From Spirochaetia bacterium (GTDB taxonomy: Bacteria; Spirochaetota; Spirochaetia; SZUA-6; Bin103): a stretch of DNA of 64,000 bases. Of the stretch, positions 58,918-64,000 are shown piece by piece (the first letter of the stretch is position 1; every line of letters starts with the position of its first letter). The position numbers and the translations under genes are program-made. Where the stretch lies: contig CBDBDQ010000005.1 of NCBI GenBank assembly GCA_965203905.1, positions 5,152,001 to 5,216,000 of the forward strand, read 5' to 3'. A model generated the notes under the pieces. That model was not told where the DNA came from, ran no database searches, and worked only from the letters and a program-made list of their open reading frames with translations.

Positions 58918-60972
58918 ATGAATAGGACAATCGTTTTGGCTCTCGTGCTGACTGTGCTGATCGGCGGGGCCATCTATGCAGCGGGAGAGCCAGAAGGAGA
59001 TGAGACGGGCGCCCCGGTTGAGACGGGGGCCCCGGTACGGACAGGCCAGTACGGCGAGGCGCCGATGCTGGCCGCTATGGTGGCCGCAGGCGAGCTGCCG
59101 CCGGTGGAAGAGCGGCTTCCGCTGGAACCTTCGGTGCGGCCGTTGGTAGGAGGCGGGGTTGATGATATCGGCCTCTATGGCGGCACGCTGCATTCGGCGA
59201 TGATGAACATAACCCCCTGGGGTGATCTGAGCGAGATGCCGGACGCCGGAGGTTCTCTCGGCGCCTACGATGCGAACATGCAGCTGCAAGGAGACATCGC
59301 GAAGTCGGTTGAACTGGGCCCCGACCAGACCTCAGTTATTCTCCATCTGCGTGAGGGCATGAAGTGGTCCGACGGCGCGCCGCTTACAGCGGACGACTTT
59401 GTGTTCATGTGGGAGGACATCCAAGCGACGGAAGGTCTCGAATCCTGGAAGGGCCAACTGACGTTCCAGTCAATCGACAGGATCGATGACTACACGGTGG
59501 AGCTGCACGCGGCCGGCGGTGCCGTAGGCGACTACACAAAGATGGGCTTGTGGCCCGGCTCCGACTGGCAGATGTACGCACCCAAACACTACCTGGAGCG
59601 GTTCTTCCCAAGGTACAACCCCGACGCAGAGGCGCTCGCTGCAGAGCTGGGGTTCGCCGACTGGAAAGCTGCCGCACAGCACCACTACTTCTGGCACAAT
59701 AGACAACCCTCGGCCGATGGCGTTTGGCGACCGGTTACCTACCCGTGGAATTATGAGTCCCGGGACACCACCGTAAAGCGCTTCGTCCGCAATCCCTACT
59801 TCTTCCGCGTGGATGAGGAGGGCAATCAACTGCCCTATGTCGACCGTGTGGTGATCAGCGTCGTGGCCGACACGGAGGTGTACACGGCGCGGATCCTCTC
59901 AGGTGAATCGGATGTCGGCTTCATGAGCGTTGCCTTCGAAAACTTCACGCTGTTCAAGGAAAACGAGGCCGCCGGAGGGTACCGTGTCTCCGCTCTACCC
60001 GGCTTCAACGCCAGTGATGGGGGGGTCGCCTTCAACGTAAATAACGGCGATCCGGTCAAAAAGGAGCTCTACCAGGACGTGAGATTTCGCCAGGCGATGT
60101 CGATCGCCATTGACCGCGAGGACATTAACGAGGTCCTGTACGCCGGTCAGGGAGTTCCGCGGCAGTTCACCATTGGTCCGAGCGTCAGCTGGTTCAATCC
60201 GGAGTGGGAGCAGGCGTGGGCGCAGTACGACCCCGACCTGGCGAACACTATGCTCGACGAGCTTGGACTGACCCAAAGAAGCAGCGATGGGACCCGCCTG
60301 ATGTCAAACGGCGAGCCGCTGGAAATTGTGATGTATGTAGAAGCCGGCAGGGGCGATCAACCCACCGCAATCGGCACGGTAGAGTTGCTGATCGATCAGT
60401 GGGCGGATGTGGGGGTGAAACTGATCCTGAAACCCGTTTTTCCGGAAACGGGAGGAGACACTTGGTGGGAGATCGACCCGGACACCGCCGACGCGAGCTT
60501 TGGGCTCATTCGGGAGGCTACCGAGTTCGCCGCCACAGGTATTATGCATAACGTACGGCAAGCTGACCTCCGTTGGGCAATGGGATGGAATGAGTGGTTC
60601 TATGTTCAGAACGGCGGCACCCCGCAAGGTTCCAGCTTTCAGCGCGACCCGGGATCAGCCTATTCCTACAGCCCCCCCCCGAACATGGTGGAAGAGCCGC
60701 CCGAGCACTGGAAGGAGTGGTCTCGCAACTGGGAGGCCGCCACGAATATGATCGCCGGTACCCCGGAGTACATCGAGGCAGTCACCAAGCTCTACGATTA
60801 TCACGCCGAGCAACTGTATCTGATCGGCACGGTGGGGCTTGCACCACAGCTCTACATTGCCGGCACCGACCTCGGCAATACGCCAACGGGATTGCTACCG
60901 TGGATGACTTGGAACGGTGAGCTCAACTACTTCAATGACCAGCTCTACTTCAAGGATGCTTCGCGGCGCTAG
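58918..60972 (+). CDS. Family-5 ABC substrate-binding protein
   Basis: AAGGAGG RBS, signal peptide, GEAPMLA, LREGMKWSDG, GNQLPY. Confidence 0.92.
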   Translation: MNRTIVLALVLTVLIGGAIYAAGEPEGDETGAPVETGAPVRTGQYGEAPMLAAMVAAGELPPVEERLPLEPSVRPLVGGGVDDIGLYGGTLHSAMMNITPWGDLSEMPDAGGSLGAYDANMQLQGDIAKSVELGPDQTSVILHLREGMKWSDGAPLTADDFVFMWEDIQATEGLESWKGQLTFQSIDRIDDYTVELHAAGGAVGDYTKMGLWPGSDWQMYAPKHYLERFFPRYNPDAEALAAELGFADWKAAAQHHYFWHNRQPSADGVWRPVTYPWNYESRDTTVKRFVRNPYFFRVDEEGNQLPYVDRVVISVVADTEVYTARILSGESDVGFMSVAFENFTLFKENEAAGGYRVSALPGFNASDGGVAFNVNNGDPVKKELYQDVRFRQAMSIAIDREDINEVLYAGQGVPRQFTIGPSVSWFNPEWEQAWAQYDPDLANTMLDELGLTQRSSDGTRLMSNGEPLEIVMYVEAGRGDQPTAIGTVELLIDQWADVGVKLILKPVFPETGGDTWWEIDPDTADASFGLIREATEFAATGIMHNVRQADLRWAMGWNEWFYVQNGGTPQGSSFQRDPGSAYSYSPPPNMVEEPPEHWKEWSRNWEAATNMIAGTPEYIEAVTKLYDYHAEQLYLIGTVGLAPQLYIAGTDLGNTPTGLLPWMTWNGELNYFNDQLYFKDASRR

Positions 60973-60996
60973 CGCAAGCGTCGGGCGCCCAAGCTA

Positions 60997-61037
60997 GCGT
61001 CAGCGGCTGCGTACGGATAGTACGCAGCCGCTGACGC
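60997..61037. terminator. Perfect 18-bp inverted repeat between binding-protein and permease genes (stabiliser/attenuator hairpin)
   Basis: GCGTCAGCGGCTGCGTAC-ggata-GTACGCAGCCGCTGACGC; no U tract. Confidence 0.6.
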
Positions 61038-61099
61038 GGGCCCATTGGTGTCCAGAGTCCCACCGTCCCTGCGCCGCGCACGCCGGCAACAAAGCTGAT

Positions 61100-62107
61100 A
61101 TGTCTGTCAAGTACGTCCTCAATCGGTTTCTGTACATGGTGGTGACGCTCTTCCTGCTGTCAGCAGCCGTGTTCGCCATCATCCAGCTCCCGGAGGGGGA
61201 CTACGCAGATTTTGTCGTCAACAGCGTGCGGACGGCAGGTACCAATACGGTGTTGGATGCGGAACAGGAGGCGCTGATCCGCGCCCGTTACGGTCTGGAC
61301 AGACCGCTGATCGTTCAGTACTTCAGCTGGCTCGGAAACGTGCTCAAAGGTGACTTCGGCCGCTCGTTCTACTGGCAGCAGCCGGTAAGCGAATTGATCG
61401 GGGAGCGCATCGCCCTCACGGCGACGATTTCCTTTATCACCATTATTCTGGTGTACGCCGTCGCGATACCCATCGGTATCTACTCCGCCACCCACCAATA
61501 CTCGGTTGGCGACTATGCCTTTACGACGCTGGGGTTTGTGGGTCTGGCGACACCCAACTTCCTGCTGGCACTGATCTTCATGTGGCTGGCATTTCGTTAC
61601 CTCGGGTGGAACATCACCGGGCTCTTTTCCACTCGTTTCAGCGATGCACCGTGGAGCTTTGCCAAAGTCATCGACATGCTGAAACATCTCCCGGCGCCGG
61701 TGCTCATACTGGCGACTGCCGGTACCGCGTCAATCATCCGCGTCTTTCGTGGATCGCTCCTGGACGAACTGCGCAAGCAGTACGTGATCACAGCGCGGGC
61801 CAAGGGGGCGCCCGAACGCTCGCTGCTGTTCAAATATCCCGTGCGCGTGGCACTCAACCCGATCGTGGCCTCCCTCGGCGGCCTGCTTCCGTTCCTGCTT
61901 TCCGGCTCAGCCCTGACCTCTATTGTGCTGGCGCTTCCTACGACGGGACCCATGCTGCTGAATGCGCTGTTAAGACAGGACATGCTGTTGGCAGCCGGTT
62001 TTCTGTTGATGTTGGGGGCGCTCGGTATCATCGGCGTGTTTATTTCGGACCTGCTGCTGGTGGCCGCTGATCCACGGATCCGGTTCGAGAAGAAGGCGGC
62101 AGGGTGA
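61100..62107 (+). CDS. Peptide ABC permease (OppB/DppB-like)
   Basis: LPEGDY, YGLDRP, YVITARAKG, DPRIR. Confidence 0.92.
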   Translation: MSVKYVLNRFLYMVVTLFLLSAAVFAIIQLPEGDYADFVVNSVRTAGTNTVLDAEQEALIRARYGLDRPLIVQYFSWLGNVLKGDFGRSFYWQQPVSELIGERIALTATISFITIILVYAVAIPIGIYSATHQYSVGDYAFTTLGFVGLATPNFLLALIFMWLAFRYLGWNITGLFSTRFSDAPWSFAKVIDMLKHLPAPVLILATAGTASIIRVFRGSLLDELRKQYVITARAKGAPERSLLFKYPVRVALNPIVASLGGLLPFLLSGSALTSIVLALPTTGPMLLNALLRQDMLLAAGFLLMLGALGIIGVFISDLLLVAADPRIRFEKKAAG

Positions 62108-63237
62108 ACAAACCGGATCAGATCATCACCGCCGGGCGGCAGGAAACTGCTGAGCAGGAGAAACACTACGCGGCGTCCAGCTGGACGCTGATGAGGCGGA
62201 AGTTCTTCAAGCATAAGCTCGCTCTGGTGGGGCTTACCGGGCTCGCTGTGCTCTATCTCGTCGCTGCATTTGCCGGCTTCTTCTCCGTCTGGGGCACCTT
62301 TCAGCGCAGCTCGGATCATGTTTTTGCACCGCCGACACGGGTCAGGATCTTTCACGACGGCAGGCTCGTCCGGCCCTTTGTCTATGGGCTTGTGCCCGGC
62401 AGGGATCCTGAGACGCTGCGCAAATTGTTCGAGATAGACGAGTCTCAGGTCTATCCCATTCGCCTCTTCGTCCGCGGGGAGGAGGAGTACAAGCTGCTGG
62501 GTTTGTTCCCTGCTCGCACGCGCCTCTTCGGTGTGGATGAGCCGGGCAAGCTGTACCTGTTCGGTGCAGATCACCTTGGTCGTGACGTGTACTCCCGTAT
62601 TCTCACCGGCGCCAGGGTGTCGCTTTCGGTGGGACTCGTGGGAGTGGCGCTGAGCTTTGTGATCGGCGCTATCCTTGGAGGAATCTCCGGGTTCTTCGGA
62701 GGAACGGTGGATCTGCTCATCCAGCGCCTCATCGAGTTCCTGCAGTCGCTGCCGCAGATTCCGCTGTGGATGGCCCTCGCCGCGGCCGTGCCCCCGCGCT
62801 TCCCGCCGGTGCGGTTGTACTTCCTCGTGACCGTCATTCTCTCCATCGTCAGCTGGACCGAGCTCGCGCGGGTTGTTCGCAGCAAGATCATCCAGCTGCG
62901 GGAGGAGGACTACGTGGTTGCGGCGCGGATTGCCGCTGCCAATGAGCGGCGTATCATCACCCGGCATCTGTTGCCGGGATTCATGAGCTACCTGATCGTC
63001 AGCTTAACCCTTGCGGTTCCGAGCATGATCCTTGGGGAGACGGCGCTGAGCTTCATCGGCGTGGGCTTGAGACCTCCGGTAGTGAGCTGGGGAGTCCTGC
63101 TGAACCAGGCGCAGAACTTCCGCGCCGTTGCCCTTCATCCCTGGCTGTTGATGCCGGGTCTGTTCGTGGTGGTGACGGTGCTGCTGTTCAATTTCATGGG
63201 CGATGGGCTCCGGGATGCAGCCGACCCCTATCATTGA
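62104..63237 (+). CDS. Peptide ABC permease (OppC/DppC-like)
   Basis: GADHLGRD, LREEDYV, GDGLRDAADPY; GTGA overlap with the upstream gene. Confidence 0.92.
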   Translation: MNKPDQIITAGRQETAEQEKHYAASSWTLMRRKFFKHKLALVGLTGLAVLYLVAAFAGFFSVWGTFQRSSDHVFAPPTRVRIFHDGRLVRPFVYGLVPGRDPETLRKLFEIDESQVYPIRLFVRGEEEYKLLGLFPARTRLFGVDEPGKLYLFGADHLGRDVYSRILTGARVSLSVGLVGVALSFVIGAILGGISGFFGGTVDLLIQRLIEFLQSLPQIPLWMALAAAVPPRFPPVRLYFLVTVILSIVSWTELARVVRSKIIQLREEDYVVAARIAAANERRIITRHLLPGFMSYLIVSLTLAVPSMILGETALSFIGVGLRPPVVSWGVLLNQAQNFRAVALHPWLLMPGLFVVVTVLLFNFMGDGLRDAADPYH

Positions 63238-63311
63238 GGCCAGTCGCCCAGTCGCCCAGTCGACTGGGTGATCATCATGTAGAACGCTCGGGGCACCACG
63301 TACGCGGTCAT
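63231..63311 (-). pseudogene. N-terminal stub of an OppB permease
   Basis: MTAYVVPRAFYMMIT versus MTAYVVRRLFYMAIT at 55945; stops after 26 codons. Confidence 0.75.
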
Positions 63312-63361
63312 TTCGAGGCCCGCGCGTGCGGGCCTCCTGCAGCGATGGTCGCCTGAATTGG

Positions 63362-64000
63362 TTATTGCTTGATGTACCACTGGTCGGGCTTGACGTCGCG
63401 GAGAGAATGCGCGTCGTCGCCGGCGAACCGAACGTCGCGCGGAAAGTTGCCCAAGTGGTTGCTCACCACGATCGGCACCGGGGCATAGCCGACCGTGCCG
63501 ATCAGCAGCACCTGCTCGGAGGCGAAGTCGAACAACTGCGTGGCGATGCGGTCGCGCTCGGCCTTGTCGGCCGTGATGTACCACTGGTCGGCCAGCTTGA
63601 AGAACTCCTTGAACGCGTCGGGCGGCTCCTCGCCCTGCTCGCCGCCGGATTGGTGCCAAGCCCACCACTGGGTGGCGTACCAGCCGTCGTTGGAGGTGAA
63701 CTTGTTGGACGGCAGATAGCCCTTGCTCGCGTTGGTGCGGCGCAGGAACCACACGGAAACGTCGTAGTCGTTGGTGGTCAGCCGCTCCACTACCAGGTCG
63801 ATGCTGTACGAGCGCGGGTCCACCTTGACGCCCACGTCCCCCCAGTACTCGGCCACCAGCTCGCTGATCGCCACGTGGCTCGGCCACTCCAGCGGGATTA
63901 CTATCTGGGCCGTCAGCAGCTCGCCGTCGGGGCGCAGGCGGAAACCGTCGCCGCCACGCTCAAGGCCCATTTCGTCGAGCAGCCGGTTGGCGGTATCGGG
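63362..64000 (-). CDS. Family-5 ABC substrate-binding protein, 3' part (runs off the window); close paralog of 56016-58031
   Basis: Near-identical C-terminus (PLEWPSHVAISELVAEYW, SKGYLPSNKFTSND, RDVKPDQWYIKQ). Confidence 0.9.
   Translation of the reverse strand, partial: PDTANRLLDEMGLERGGDGFRLRPDGELLTAQIVIPLEWPSHVAISELVAEYWGDVGVKVDPRSYSIDLVVERLTTNDYDVSVWFLRRTNASKGYLPSNKFTSNDGWYATQWWAWHQSGGEQGEEPPDAFKEFFKLADQWYITADKAERDRIATQLFDFASEQVLLIGTVGYAPVPIVVSNHLGNFPRDVRFAGDDAHSLRDVKPDQWYIKQ

Noticed and set aside
63240-63268. CAGTCGCC tandem repeat and short palindrome
   Set aside because: Only 2-3 units; better explained as a rearrangement junction or convergent terminator than an array.

Overview
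High-GC bacterial window (about 65-70% by eye, with lower-GC patches near 18.8-24.2 kb, 45.35-46.13 kb and 58.7-63.2 kb). It is dominated by scavenging and catabolic genes: three sugar-type and three peptide/family-5 ABC clusters plus a partial fourth family-5 binding protein, none with an ATPase gene; five PhyH-type dioxygenases; two sulfatases; a phnA + Zn-ADH + ALDH phosphonate operon; and a corrinoid protein / URO-D-like / GH32 / PfkB cluster. The gene repertoire and the Cys-less 'A-x-G-x-x-E' signal-peptide ends resemble Spirochaetaceae-like marine or sponge-associated bacteria (inference only). Accessory elements are an IS110-family element whose non-coding leader matches its own insertion junction (bridge-RNA-like), a DUF222-like/HNH nuclease, four toxin-antitoxin loci whose toxins are all damaged, and several deletion-collapsed gene relics. 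The best candidate for an undescribed system is a low-GC NYN (PIN-like) RNase gene preceded by promoter -> ~70-nt double-stem RNA -> U-tract terminator -> RBS, the layout of an RNA-antitoxin module. No rRNA, tRNA or CRISPR array was recognised. All family calls come from motif recognition by eye; no database search was run.
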